Program-made: the position numbers and the translations under genes
Part shown: piece after piece, positions 7,146 to 15,774 of the stretch
How positions within the stretch are numbered: position 1 is the first letter of the stretch
Layout: the number at the start of each line of letters is the position of its first letter
Assembly: GCA_964610345.1 (NCBI GenBank)
Contig: CAZSVQ010000004.1
Location: 7,570 to 31,569 of the forward strand
Direction: 5' to 3'
DNA length: 24,000 bases
From: an uncultured Candidatus Saccharibacteria bacterium
GTDB taxonomy: Bacteria > Patescibacteriota > Saccharimonadia > Saccharimonadales > JAGQNJ01
The notes under the pieces: generated by a model
The model's database searches: none
The model's input: only the letters and a program-made list of their open reading frames with translations
What the model was told of the DNA's origin: nothing

Positions 7146-9887
7146 TTAACTACAGCCAGTAGTGGATCCACAAGATGTACAAACATAACAACTGCCAGAA
7201 CGTTGAGTTTGGTTGCCACAGTTAAAGCACAGTGGCGCGTTATCGTCTTTAGAAGCCGACTTGCTGGCTGGAGCAGTCTCTGTTTTTGGCTCAAGCTTTT
7301 GCTGGTGGCGAACGCTCTCCGTAACCGACTCCTCGATCAACGTCGTTTGTGCCTCTGGCATATCAATAGATGCTAATCCAAGTTCCAGACGGTCATCAAA
7401 CGACAAATAATCTAGGGCCAATCTACGAACAATGTAGTCAGTTATCGACGTTGCGGTACGGATATCTGAATCATCGGTAATCCCTGCTGGCGCAAAGGTA
7501 GTTCCACGCAATGTTTTAACATAGCTTTTTAGCGGCACACCGTATTGCAAACCGTGGCTAACGCTAATCGCAAACGAATCCATCAATCCGGCCAAAGTAG
7601 AGCCTTGCTTTGATACGTTGATAAACAGCTCGCCTGGAGCGCCATCTTCGTATTCGCTAACCGTAAAGTATCCTTTTAAGTCAGAAATCCCAAAACGATA
7701 GGTCTTGCTATTACGAACGCGTGGTAACTTGCGCCTAACCGCACCTTTAACAATAATCTTATCTTCAATGGTGGCTGTAGTATTAGGTTCTTCTTTTTTA
7801 TCACCCTCTTTCTTGGCCATAGATAGTGGCTGAGCAACCTTACAATTATCGCGGTAGATTGCCACAGCCTTTAAGCCCAACTTCCAAGATTCAATATGTA
7901 GTTGCTCAACATCCTCTACACTAACTTCTTCTGGCATATTAACGGTTTTGCTAATTGCTCCAGATATAAATGGTTGCACAGCACCCATCATCTTTACGTG
8001 GCCCATGTAGTGGATAGAATTATCACCCATTGAGCAAGCAAAGACTGGTAGATGCTCTTTTTTAAGTTGTGGTGCACCGATAATAGTCTTTTCGGTATCG
8101 ATATAATTAACGATATCATCCACCTGACTCTTATTGTAGCCCAAGACTTTAAGCGCCCGTGGTACTGTTTGGTTAACAATATGCATGGTACCGCCACCAA
8201 CTAGCTTTTTCACTTTAACTAAACCTAAGTCAGGTTCAATACCGGTAGTATCACAATCCATCATCAAGCCGATTGTACCGGTTGGCGCAAGTACGCTAGC
8301 TTGTGAATTTCGCACACCAAACATAGTTCCAAGCTCAACCGCATCATCCCAAGACTCGGCTGCTGCACTCAGTAATTCCTCTGATACAAGGCTGGCATCA
8401 ATATTAGAAACTTCTTCGCGGTGCATTTTAAGCACATTTAGCATACCCTCTCGGTCTTTATGGAAACCACTGAAAGGACCAACTCGGCGAGCAATTCTTG
8501 CACTGGTAGCGTAAGCATGGCCAGTTAATAACGCTGTAATTGCGCCAGCTTGTGCCCGGCCTTCAGTAGAGTCGTATGGCAAACCTTGGGCCATTAATAG
8601 TGCCCCAAGGTTAGCATAGCCTATACCTAGCTCTCGGTAAGCACGAGCATTCTTGCCAATACTCTCGGTTGGATATTCAGAATAACCAACTAATATTTCT
8701 TGCGAGGTAAAAATAACTTCTACGGTGTGTTTGTAAGCAGGAATATCAAAACTGCCATCGTCTTTAAGATATTTAAGTAAGTTAATAGATGCTAAGTTAC
8801 AGGCTGAATTGTCTAGGTGCATATATTCACTGCATGGGTTAGAAGCATTTATGCGCCCAGCATTCGGCGCGGTGTGCCATTTATTGATTGTTGTATCAAA
8901 TTGCATACCCGGATCTGCACATTCCCACGCTGCATCAGCAAATTGGCGGAACAGCTTGCGGGCTTTAATAGTTTTAACTGATTCTCCAGTCTTAACTGCC
9001 TTTAAATCCCAATCGGCATCGTCTACTACGGCTTGCATAAATTCATCTGTTACGCGCATAGAATTATTAGCATTTTGATATTGAACCGAAAACGAATCTT
9101 TGCCATCAAGACTCATATCAAACCCCGCTTCTTGCAATGCCCGAGCTTTACGCTCCTCGATAGCTTTACACCAAATAAACTCCTCGATATCTGGGTGATC
9201 AGCGTTTAAAATAACCATTTTTGCGGCTCGGCGGGTCTTGCCGCCACTTTTAATAGCCCCAGCTGATGCATCAGCTCCACGCATAAAGCTTAGTGGCCCA
9301 GATGCCGTACCAGCACTTTTGCCTAATTTTTCAACTGATGAGCGAATTGGGCTCATGTTAATACCAGAACCAGAACCACCTTTAAATATCATGCCTTCTT
9401 CTTTGTACCAGTTTAATATTGCTGGCATGGTATCTTCTATTCCCAAGATAAAACAAGCGCTAGCCTGTTGCGAGCGTGAAGGCGCACCGATATTAAACCA
9501 AACCGGTGAGTTAAAAGCTGCTCTTTGTGTAGCGAGGATATATTTAAGTTCTTGCTTAAAATCTTCTGCTTCATCTTTGGTCTCAAAATAATCTTCTTGT
9601 AAACCTTGCCTTGTAATAGTGTCTGCAACGCGGTTAATCAGGTCTCTGAGTGATGTCTCTCGCTCCTCTGTACCTGGTGTACCTGTAAAATACTTTTGAG
9701 CTACGATATTTATAGCGTTTAGCGACCAACCTTCAGGAAAGTCAACATCGCGTTGCTCGAAGACGTATTCGTTCGTCATTGGATTTTTAATAATTGAGTC
9801 TCTTTTGACCCATTTAAGTTGGTCGTAAGCTTTTTGACCGGGCTTCGTAAAGAAGCGACCAACCCCTAGCGTAGTAGTTTGTCCCAT
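7146..9887 (-). CDS. nrdJ: Adenosylcobalamin-dependent (class II) ribonucleotide reductase
   Basis: NPCSEYMHLDNSACNLASINL, LAPTGTIGLMMDCDTTGIEPD, C-terminal CFNCGNQTQRSGSCYVCTSCGSTTGCS; 913 aa, NrdJ/NrdZ-like. Confidence 0.92.
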   Translation of the reverse strand: MGQTTTLGVGRFFTKPGQKAYDQLKWVKRDSIIKNPMTNEYVFEQRDVDFPEGWSLNAINIVAQKYFTGTPGTEERETSLRDLINRVADTITRQGLQEDYFETKDEAEDFKQELKYILATQRAAFNSPVWFNIGAPSRSQQASACFILGIEDTMPAILNWYKEEGMIFKGGSGSGINMSPIRSSVEKLGKSAGTASGPLSFMRGADASAGAIKSGGKTRRAAKMVILNADHPDIEEFIWCKAIEERKARALQEAGFDMSLDGKDSFSVQYQNANNSMRVTDEFMQAVVDDADWDLKAVKTGESVKTIKARKLFRQFADAAWECADPGMQFDTTINKWHTAPNAGRINASNPCSEYMHLDNSACNLASINLLKYLKDDGSFDIPAYKHTVEVIFTSQEILVGYSEYPTESIGKNARAYRELGIGYANLGALLMAQGLPYDSTEGRAQAGAITALLTGHAYATSARIARRVGPFSGFHKDREGMLNVLKMHREEVSNIDASLVSEELLSAAAESWDDAVELGTMFGVRNSQASVLAPTGTIGLMMDCDTTGIEPDLGLVKVKKLVGGGTMHIVNQTVPRALKVLGYNKSQVDDIVNYIDTEKTIIGAPQLKKEHLPVFACSMGDNSIHYMGHVKMMGAVQPFISGAISKTVNMPEEVSVEDVEQLHIESWKLGLKAVAIYRDNCKVAQPLSMAKKEGDKKEEPNTTATIEDKIIVKGAVRRKLPRVRNSKTYRFGISDLKGYFTVSEYEDGAPGELFINVSKQGSTLAGLMDSFAISVSHGLQYGVPLKSYVKTLRGTTFAPAGITDDSDIRTATSITDYIVRRLALDYLSFDDRLELGLASIDMPEAQTTLIEESVTESVRHQQKLEPKTETAPASKSASKDDNAPLCFNCGNQTQRSGSCYVCTSCGSTTGCS

Positions 9888-9935
9888 AATACCCTCACTT
9901 ATATTGTTATTTTGATTTTTTATTTAGAGTTCTTG

Positions 9936-10029
9936 CTCGCCTATGTAGCTCTCCCAAAAAAGTTACTACAATGCGAGTTCGTGAGCTCCCCACGATTCTT
10001 AATTATTTTAAGGACCCTGGAGAGCCTAC
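9936..10029 (-). ncRNA. Candidate structured leader RNA upstream of nrdJ
   Basis: Minus-strand helix GUA(G)GCUCUCC/GGAGAGCUAC form (10029-10019/9954-9945; 10 bp with one bulged base) encloses hairpins CUUAA/UUAAG and UCGUG/CACGA. CUCGC inside the helix (9977-9973) can pair with GCGAG outside (9940-9936), forming a pseudoknot. Confidence 0.5.
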
Positions 10030-10042
10030 TAAAGTCTTAAAT

Positions 10043-10516
10043 TTAGGCTTTAGCTTGCTCTGTTTGGTGTTTACGTATTTGTGATAATTCCCGTTCGAAG
10101 CTGGCAATATCCTTAAAGCGCCGATACACACTTGCAAAGCGTACATAAGCAACCTCACTAACATTTGCCAATTGATCCATTACCAGCTCGCCAATCTTGG
10201 AAGAAGATACTTCAGATTCTCCACAAGCATATAGTTGTTGCTCGATGTCAGAAACTATCTTTTCAAGTTGGACACTTGTAATTGTTGTCTTTTCACACGC
10301 TCTGTACAAACCACTCATTAGCTTTTCGCGGCTAAACAGTTCTCTGGTGCCATTTTGCTTAATAACCACTAATTGTGGGCGCTCAACACGCTCATAAGTA
10401 GTAAACCTATTATTGCATTTAGGACAAGAGCGACGACGACGAATCGATTCGCCTTCGGCAACATCACGCGATTCAATCACCTTAGTATCGTCATGTTGAC
10501 ACTGGTTGCATCGCAT
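10043..10516 (-). CDS. nrdR: Transcriptional repressor NrdR
   Basis: MRCNQCQHDDTKVIESRDVAEGESIRRRRSCPKCNNRFTTYERVE zinc ribbon plus ATP-cone. AAAGGAG Shine-Dalgarno upstream. Confidence 0.97.
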   Translation of the reverse strand: MRCNQCQHDDTKVIESRDVAEGESIRRRRSCPKCNNRFTTYERVERPQLVVIKQNGTRELFSREKLMSGLYRACEKTTITSVQLEKIVSDIEQQLYACGESEVSSSKIGELVMDQLANVSEVAYVRFASVYRRFKDIASFERELSQIRKHQTEQAKA

Positions 10517-10561
10517 TATGTGCTCCTTTCTATCAGTAAACTAAATGTACAATCGCTAAAA

Positions 10562-10617
10562 TCTCTATATATAGCGTCTATGCTTACTAGCATAACCCCA
10601 TGTATAGCGTTTTTCAA
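10562..10617 (-). promoter_or_regulatory. nrdR promoter region with two NrdR-box-like sites
   Basis: TTGAAA (10617-10612) N17 TATGCT (10594-10589). Box-like ACGCTATATATAGAGA (10577-10562) and ACGCTATACATGGGGT (10610-10595) flank the -10. Confidence 0.45.
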
Positions 10618-10657
10618 GCTTTTTTGTGCTGTATTATTTATCACGTTTTGTCAGTCT

Positions 10658-11941
10658 CTACTGATGTTCCTCGTCTGTTGGTTTTGGGTTGTTGCGTTTA
10701 CGAAAACGTCTTAAAAATGAAGGTTTTTCTAATTCATCGTCTTGATGTTCGGTGATAGGTATTGGCGGTTGAGTATCTGATGAACTGTTATTTTCATGTT
10801 CGCCATGATCGAGCGCCCAAATATTTGGCATTGGATTATCATTATGAAAATCACCCATGTCATGTGCTGGCTCAGCTTTTTGCTCAAGATCCATATTAAT
10901 ACTAGCGATTTCTTCCTCTTCTTTAGGTGAAGGTTTTTCCTCGGCAGGCTTAGATTCTATAATTTCAGTTTTGCGATTTGTAAAATATGAGTCGTCAAAA
11001 CCAGTTGCTACAACTGTAATAATAATCTCATCCCCAAGTTCTGGGTTGATTGTTGCGCCAAAAATAATATTGGCGTCACTGTCAGCTGCATTGGTAATTG
11101 TTTCAGCGGCGGTGTTAATTTCATGCATGGTCATATCATTACCACCAATAACATTAAATAGTACACCCCTAGCACCATCAATTGAAACTTCAAGTAGCGG
11201 TGATTCAATTGCTTGTTGGGCCGCCTTTACAGCGCGGTCTTCACCATTGGCTCGCCCAATACCCATTAACGCAGAACCTGCACTACTCATAACCGCTTTA
11301 ACATCGGCAAAATCCAGGTTTATCAAACCATGCACAGTTATAAGATCCGATATTCCCTGGACACCCTGCCTTAATACATCGTCGGCAACTTTGAATGCTT
11401 CCATTAAAGGTGTTTGCCTATCTATTGTTTGGAGTAATCTGTCGTTTGGAATAATAATAAGCGTATCTACAGATCCGCGTAAGTTATCAATTGCCGACTC
11501 AGCATTTCTTCGGCGTTTTTCACCTTCAAAAGCGAATGGCTTAGTTGCAAACCCAACCACTAAGGCATTATCAGCTTTTGCGGCCTTAGCAACAATATGC
11601 CCGGCCCCACTTCCAGTTCCACCGCCAGCACCTAACGTTACAAAGACCATGTCAGAACCTTGCAGTGCCTGTTTTATTTCATCTAATGATTCTTGAGCTG
11701 CTTTTTCACCAACTGTAGGGTCAGCACCTGCACCAAGACCTCTAGTGGCTTCTTTGCCAATATGTATCTTTTTAGTAGCCTTTGAGTGATGGAGAGCTTG
11801 GGCATCAGTATTAACTGCAATAAACTCCACGCCATCAACACCAGCTTCTACCATTCTATTAATTGCAGCACCACCGGCACCACCGACACCTACTACTTTA
11901 ATGCTTGCGAATGTTTCAATTGCTGGTTCTACTTGAGGCAT
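10658..11941 (-). CDS. ftsZ: Cell division protein FtsZ
   Basis: [16 protein letters not shown], tubulin signature [19 protein letters not shown]; variable linker and charged C-terminus. Confidence 0.97.
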   Translation of the reverse strand: MPQVEPAIETFASIKVVGVGGAGGAAINRMVEAGVDGVEFIAVNTDAQALHHSKATKKIHIGKEATRGLGAGADPTVGEKAAQESLDEIKQALQGSDMVFVTLGAGGGTGSGAGHIVAKAAKADNALVVGFATKPFAFEGEKRRRNAESAIDNLRGSVDTLIIIPNDRLLQTIDRQTPLMEAFKVADDVLRQGVQGISDLITVHGLINLDFADVKAVMSSAGSALMGIGRANGEDRAVKAAQQAIESPLLEVSIDGARGVLFNVIGGNDMTMHEINTAAETITNAADSDANIIFGATINPELGDEIIITVVATGFDDSYFTNRKTEIIESKPAEEKPSPKEEEEIASINMDLEQKAEPAHDMGDFHNDNPMPNIWALDHGEHENNSSSDTQPPIPITEHQDDELEKPSFLRRFRKRNNPKPTDEEHQ

Positions 11942-11980
11942 TTAATGTTTCCCTATTCTTATACTTGCTTACGTAAATCC

Positions 11981-12009
11981 AGTATACGATAGTGCCTGAA
12001 CAACTGCAA
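11981..12009 (-). promoter_or_regulatory. Putative ftsZ promoter
   Basis: Minus strand TTGCAG (12009-12004), 17-nt spacer, TATACT (11986-11981). Confidence 0.5.
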
Positions 12010-12061
12010 TGCTACAACAACTTTTTTTAATTTTGGCTGTGAATAACTATTATGTTTGCTG

Positions 12062-13297
12062 TCATTTACGTTTAAATTTATGCCAAACACCCTCTAGAGC
12101 CCCGAACACATTTCCACCACTAAGTTGAGAACTACCAGTATGCCCGTTGGTTGGTAACAATAGCATGTCGAGTAACATCAAACCCACAGCTGAAGCAAAC
12201 GAAGGATCAGCAACAGTATCAATCAATCCACCTATTGGTTGTAATTTACCTACCCTCGCAGCAAGTTGCAATTTTTCGCGTGCAAAATCTGCAATTCCCG
12301 GCAGTTTTGCCATACCACCAACTATTACGACGCCACCTGGTAATTTTTGTGACTTATGAATCTTTTTTAATTCTTTATCTACTAACTCAAAAAGCTCCTC
12401 GATACGAGCTTCGGTAATCATAGCAATTTCTTCAGCATCGAAACTATAACTCTTTTTCTGAACACTTACACTAACTGTACCTATTTTTACCTGTTCACCC
12501 AAGCCAGCATGTTGGATTTTTACCGCTTCGGCAATATCTAAATCAGTCTTTAGTCCAATTGCTAAATCATTGGTTAAGAACGTACTGCCGACTGGCACCA
12601 CACCAACATGTTGCACTTCACCGTCTTCTACGACAACCATATTTGTAGTACCAGCACCGATATCCAATAACAAAGTACCTGATTCTTTTTGTTGACGAGT
12701 TAAAACTGCTTCGGCTGCCGCCAGACTTGACACCGTATAATGACTTGGCTGAATCCGTGATTTCTCAAGTACCATATCCAAGTTGCGTAAATTTGAGCCA
12801 ATTGCGGTAACTATGTGTGTATCTACCTCTAATCTAATACCCTGCATACCAACTGGGTCTTTAATATTATCTTGACCATCGATACGATAATTCTTAGCAA
12901 ATACTTGAATTATTTCTCTGTTAGGTGGTAGTTTTATAATCGTCGCTGCTTCCTCGACTCTTGCCCTGTCAGACTCAGTAATTTCTTTATTGGCTGTACT
13001 GATTGCCACTACACCTCGAGAATTTATACCTGACACATGCGTCCCATTAATGTTTACGGTTGCCCTTTGAATGTGCACACCAGATACTTGCTCTGCTTGA
13101 TTAACTGCCTTGATTATTGAATCTGCAACATCATCAATATGCGCAACGATACCTTTACGCATTCCAAGGTTGGGTGCAACTCCATGACCAATTACAGAAA
13201 CTTTACTATTGTCTTGTTGGTCAATTATACCAACAACACATCTGACTGTACTTGTACCAATATCTAGTCCTACATAATGTGGAGATTGTTCGCGCAT
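12062..13297 (-). CDS. ftsA: Cell division protein FtsA
   Basis: HYVGLDIGTSTVRCVVG, LLLDIGAGTTNMVVVEDGEV, VVIVGGMAKLPGIADFA (actin-like ATPase motifs), adjacent to ftsZ. Confidence 0.93.
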   Translation of the reverse strand: MREQSPHYVGLDIGTSTVRCVVGIIDQQDNSKVSVIGHGVAPNLGMRKGIVAHIDDVADSIIKAVNQAEQVSGVHIQRATVNINGTHVSGINSRGVVAISTANKEITESDRARVEEAATIIKLPPNREIIQVFAKNYRIDGQDNIKDPVGMQGIRLEVDTHIVTAIGSNLRNLDMVLEKSRIQPSHYTVSSLAAAEAVLTRQQKESGTLLLDIGAGTTNMVVVEDGEVQHVGVVPVGSTFLTNDLAIGLKTDLDIAEAVKIQHAGLGEQVKIGTVSVSVQKKSYSFDAEEIAMITEARIEELFELVDKELKKIHKSQKLPGGVVIVGGMAKLPGIADFAREKLQLAARVGKLQPIGGLIDTVADPSFASAVGLMLLDMLLLPTNGHTGSSQLSGGNVFGALEGVWHKFKRK

Positions 13298-13302
13298 GAA
13301 AG

Positions 13303-13334
13303 ATAGTATAACGCTTATACTATAATTTCATCAA
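13303..13334 (-). promoter_or_regulatory. ftsA promoter containing a perfect 21-bp palindrome
   Basis: TTGATG (13334-13329) N18 TATACT (13310-13305). ATAGTATAA-CGC-TTATACTAT palindrome at 13303-13323. Confidence 0.55.
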
Positions 13335-13347
13335 GCTGATAAATTTT

Positions 13348-14109
13348 TTATTCAATTGTCCGGGTAAGAATTTCATACCCGTCATCTGTGATTAGTACTG
13401 TGTCCTCAAAATGGGCCGACAAAGATCCATCTTTGGTTGTGACTGTCCAATTATCATCTTCAACGTAAACTGATTCACCACCTAATGTAGCCATGGGTTC
13501 GATTGCAATAGACATACCAGTCTCTAATACTTGGCCCGTATTGGCTTTACCGTAATTTGGTATATTTGGCTCTTCGTGAAGGTTATGGCCAACACCATGT
13601 CCAACATACTCACGAATAATCCCTAGCTTGGAATTGTGTAAAACTTTCTCAATCTCTGCCGAAATCGTTCCAACTCTTACTGTATTTTTAACAACTTTAA
13701 TTCCAGCAAGTAATGATTGTTCAGTTTTTTCTATAAGAAGTTTTTTTGTTGAATTTGTATTTCCAACAACATACGTTCTAGCAGCATCGGTAATCATTCC
13801 GTTGTATTTGACACCAAAATCTATGCTAACGACATCACCATCATCAATAATCACATGATTCTTAGGTATCCCGTGTATTACCTGATCATTAACCGAAACA
13901 CAAAGCACATGTGGAAACCCATAATAATTCAAAAATGCTGGCTGAGCATTATCGTAGTTAGCCAATTTATCAGCAGCTAAATCTGCCAAATCCTTAGTTG
14001 ACATACCTTGCTTTGTGGATTGAATAACAAATTGTAGCACCTCTTCTAGTATTCGCCCGCTCCGTCTCATACTGTCAATTTCTGAACTTGTTTTAACTCT
14101 TGTTTGCAT
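13348..14109 (-). CDS. map: Methionine aminopeptidase, type I
   Basis: GFPHVLCVSVNDQVIHGIP, DVVSIDFGVKYNGMITDAART, GHGVGHNLHEEPNIPNYG, SIAIEPMAT metal-ligand motifs. Confidence 0.95.
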   Translation of the reverse strand: MQTRVKTSSEIDSMRRSGRILEEVLQFVIQSTKQGMSTKDLADLAADKLANYDNAQPAFLNYYGFPHVLCVSVNDQVIHGIPKNHVIIDDGDVVSIDFGVKYNGMITDAARTYVVGNTNSTKKLLIEKTEQSLLAGIKVVKNTVRVGTISAEIEKVLHNSKLGIIREYVGHGVGHNLHEEPNIPNYGKANTGQVLETGMSIAIEPMATLGGESVYVEDDNWTVTTKDGSLSAHFEDTVLITDDGYEILTRTIE

Positions 14110-14116
14110 ACAAAAA

Positions 14117-14656
14117 TTATTTATCTCTGTTTATTGCTTGTCTGATTTCTTTTTGTACATCTTCAATAGACTGTTCTGCATTTATATCATAGACATCAAT
14201 GCCGGCAACTTTAAAATGTTCAAGGATGGGCAAAATAGTTTCCGCATATTCTAAGAATCGTTCTTTTATAGCACTATCGGTATCATCTTGTCTGCCTCTT
14301 TTAACCAAACGATTCTTAACCGCCTCTTCTTTTGCAGTTAGGTGAACTACGCTAGAAATTTTAAGTTGTCCGTGTTTTGCCTGATTTAAGAGCCAGTCAG
14401 CTTGAGCTACAGAGCGTGGAAATCCATCTAGTATAAACTCATGTTTAGTATCGACTACATTAAAAATTCTTTGCACTAATGCAATAATTTCTTTATCCTC
14501 TAATAACTTCCCAGCCAACATATCTTTACGGCGCTCGCCGGATATTAGCATACGCAAGAATTCACCAGTTGAAAGCCATGGTAACCCTAAATGATCAGCT
14601 AACATTTTCCCTTGGACGCTTTTGCCTGACCCCGCAACTCCAGTAAATATAATCAA
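14117..14656 (-). CDS. adk: Adenylate kinase family protein
   Basis: P-loop IIFTGVAGSGKSVQGKMLADHLGLPWLSTGEFLR, FILDGFPRSVAQADWL, adjacent to map. Confidence 0.85.
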   Translation of the reverse strand: MIIFTGVAGSGKSVQGKMLADHLGLPWLSTGEFLRMLISGERRKDMLAGKLLEDKEIIALVQRIFNVVDTKHEFILDGFPRSVAQADWLLNQAKHGQLKISSVVHLTAKEEAVKNRLVKRGRQDDTDSAIKERFLEYAETILPILEHFKVAGIDVYDINAEQSIEDVQKEIRQAINRDK

Positions 14657-14671
14657 AGCTTATTTTCTCCT

Positions 14672-15124
14672 TTAGCTTAATCTGCTTTTCACGAGTCGTG
14701 CCACCGTTGCACCATCTGCAGTGCCTTTACTAGATTTTTTAACTTCTCCAATAATTATACCCATTGTCTGGCCAGTTACGTTGCCGTGCTTAGAAACAAC
14801 ATCGTCAATTAATCTTTCTATGTCTTCATCAGGCATTAACTCTGGCAAATAGGCCTCGATAATTTCTTTTTCGGCTAATTCTTTATTTGCACGCTCATCT
14901 GAGCCAGCTTTTTTGTAGAGCTCGGCAGCCTCTTGACGTTTTTTGACTTCTTTTCTTAGGCAGGCAATAATCTCTTCGTCTGTTAAGCCTTGCTCTCTTT
15001 TGTTCTGTGCGATTTCTTCATTTAAAACCACACTCTTAATGACTCTAAGAGTTTCAGATTTGAGTTTATCACCACCAAGTAAAGCTTGTTTTAAGTCTTG
15101 ATTTATATCTTGCTTCAGGTTCAT
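14672..15124 (-). CDS. GatB/YqeY domain-containing protein
   Basis: LKQDINQDLKQALLGGDKLKSETLRVIKSVVLNEEIAQNKR...VTGQTMGIIIGEVKKSSKGTADGATVARLVK. TAATG overlap with rpsU. Confidence 0.88.
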   Translation of the reverse strand: MNLKQDINQDLKQALLGGDKLKSETLRVIKSVVLNEEIAQNKREQGLTDEEIIACLRKEVKKRQEAAELYKKAGSDERANKELAEKEIIEAYLPELMPDEDIERLIDDVVSKHGNVTGQTMGIIIGEVKKSSKGTADGATVARLVKSRLS

Positions 15125-15342
15125 TAACGCTGACTTAGCCTGACGACATGTTTGCCTTTGATGTTCTTGCGCTCATTGCGAATAATCGCACGTTGGCGTC
15201 GGTCTCGTTTGCTCATTGGCTTTTCGAAATACTGATTTTGCTTTGCGACAGCCATTACACCCGATTGTTGCACTTTACGGGTAAATCGGCGTAATAAATT
15301 TTCTGTCGACTCTTTTGCGTCTTTACGTGTTACTTGAATCAT
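15124..15342 (-). CDS. rpsU: Small ribosomal subunit protein bS21
   Basis: MIQVTRKDAKESTENLLRRFTRKVQQSGVMAVAKQNQYFEKPMSKRDRRQRAI is bS21-like; 72 aa basic protein. Confidence 0.85.
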   Translation of the reverse strand: MIQVTRKDAKESTENLLRRFTRKVQQSGVMAVAKQNQYFEKPMSKRDRRQRAIIRNERKNIKGKHVVRLSQR

Positions 15343-15387
15343 ATATTTTATATTCTACACTAACAGATTGAAATCTGCAAGTTAGTG

Positions 15388-15678
15388 TTATGACTGCTTC
15401 CTTGATTGGGCTGCAGCGCGTTGTGATTTTAATACAATGCTTTGAAGCTCTTTAAATATTACAAACTGTTTATTTGTGTAATAGACTTTAGTATTGCCTT
15501 GTTTTTCTGAAATTAAGAAGCCAATCTTCTCTAATTTCTTTAATTCACGTTGTATATTACCTGCGTCTTCTTTAATAAGTTTAGCAAGCCCTCGTACGTG
15601 CGTCTTGAAGTCTGGGTACTTAGCGTACACGACAACAATTTTTCTCCTCACTCGTGATGTTATGAATGTATCTAGCAT
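15388..15678 (-). CDS. Small winged-HTH (ArsR-like) putative transcriptional regulator
   Basis: 96 aa; HVRGLAKLIKEDAGNIQRELKKLEKIGFLISEKQGNTKVYYTN resembles a wHTH with a wing. Confidence 0.6.
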   Translation of the reverse strand: MLDTFITSRVRRKIVVVYAKYPDFKTHVRGLAKLIKEDAGNIQRELKKLEKIGFLISEKQGNTKVYYTNKQFVIFKELQSIVLKSQRAAAQSRKQS

Positions 15679-15762
15679 AAGCCGTTTATTGTCATTAGAA
15701 CAACGTCGTATATTTAGTATAGCTATTTAACAAAGTTTTTCAAGCTTTTATATTTTATCTCT

Positions 15763-15768
15763 TATAAT
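15763..15768 (+). promoter_or_regulatory. Consensus -10 box for priA, predicted leaderless
   Basis: TATAAT ends 6 nt before ATG 15775. No clear -35 box. Confidence 0.5.
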
Positions 15769-15774
15769 ATACCT

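Noticed and set aside
7085-7294. 69-aa minus-strand ORF at the 3' end of nrdJ
   Set aside because: Out-of-frame overlap with the conserved nrdJ Cys-rich C-terminus and runs through the terminator.
9888-10042. Classical cobalamin riboswitch upstream of nrdJ
   Set aside because: No recognisable B12-box consensus and the region is shorter than typical; retained only as a generic structured leader candidate.
10857-11696. 279-aa plus-strand ORF antisense to ftsZ
   Set aside because: Completely overlaps the well-supported ftsZ; its low-complexity Ser/Ile/Ala-rich composition is typical of a complementary-strand shadow ORF.
10609-15753. Shared TTTTTCAAGCTTTT sequence near 10610 and 15736
   Set aside because: Short AT-rich coincidence upstream of unrelated genes in opposite orientation; insufficient to call a repeat family.
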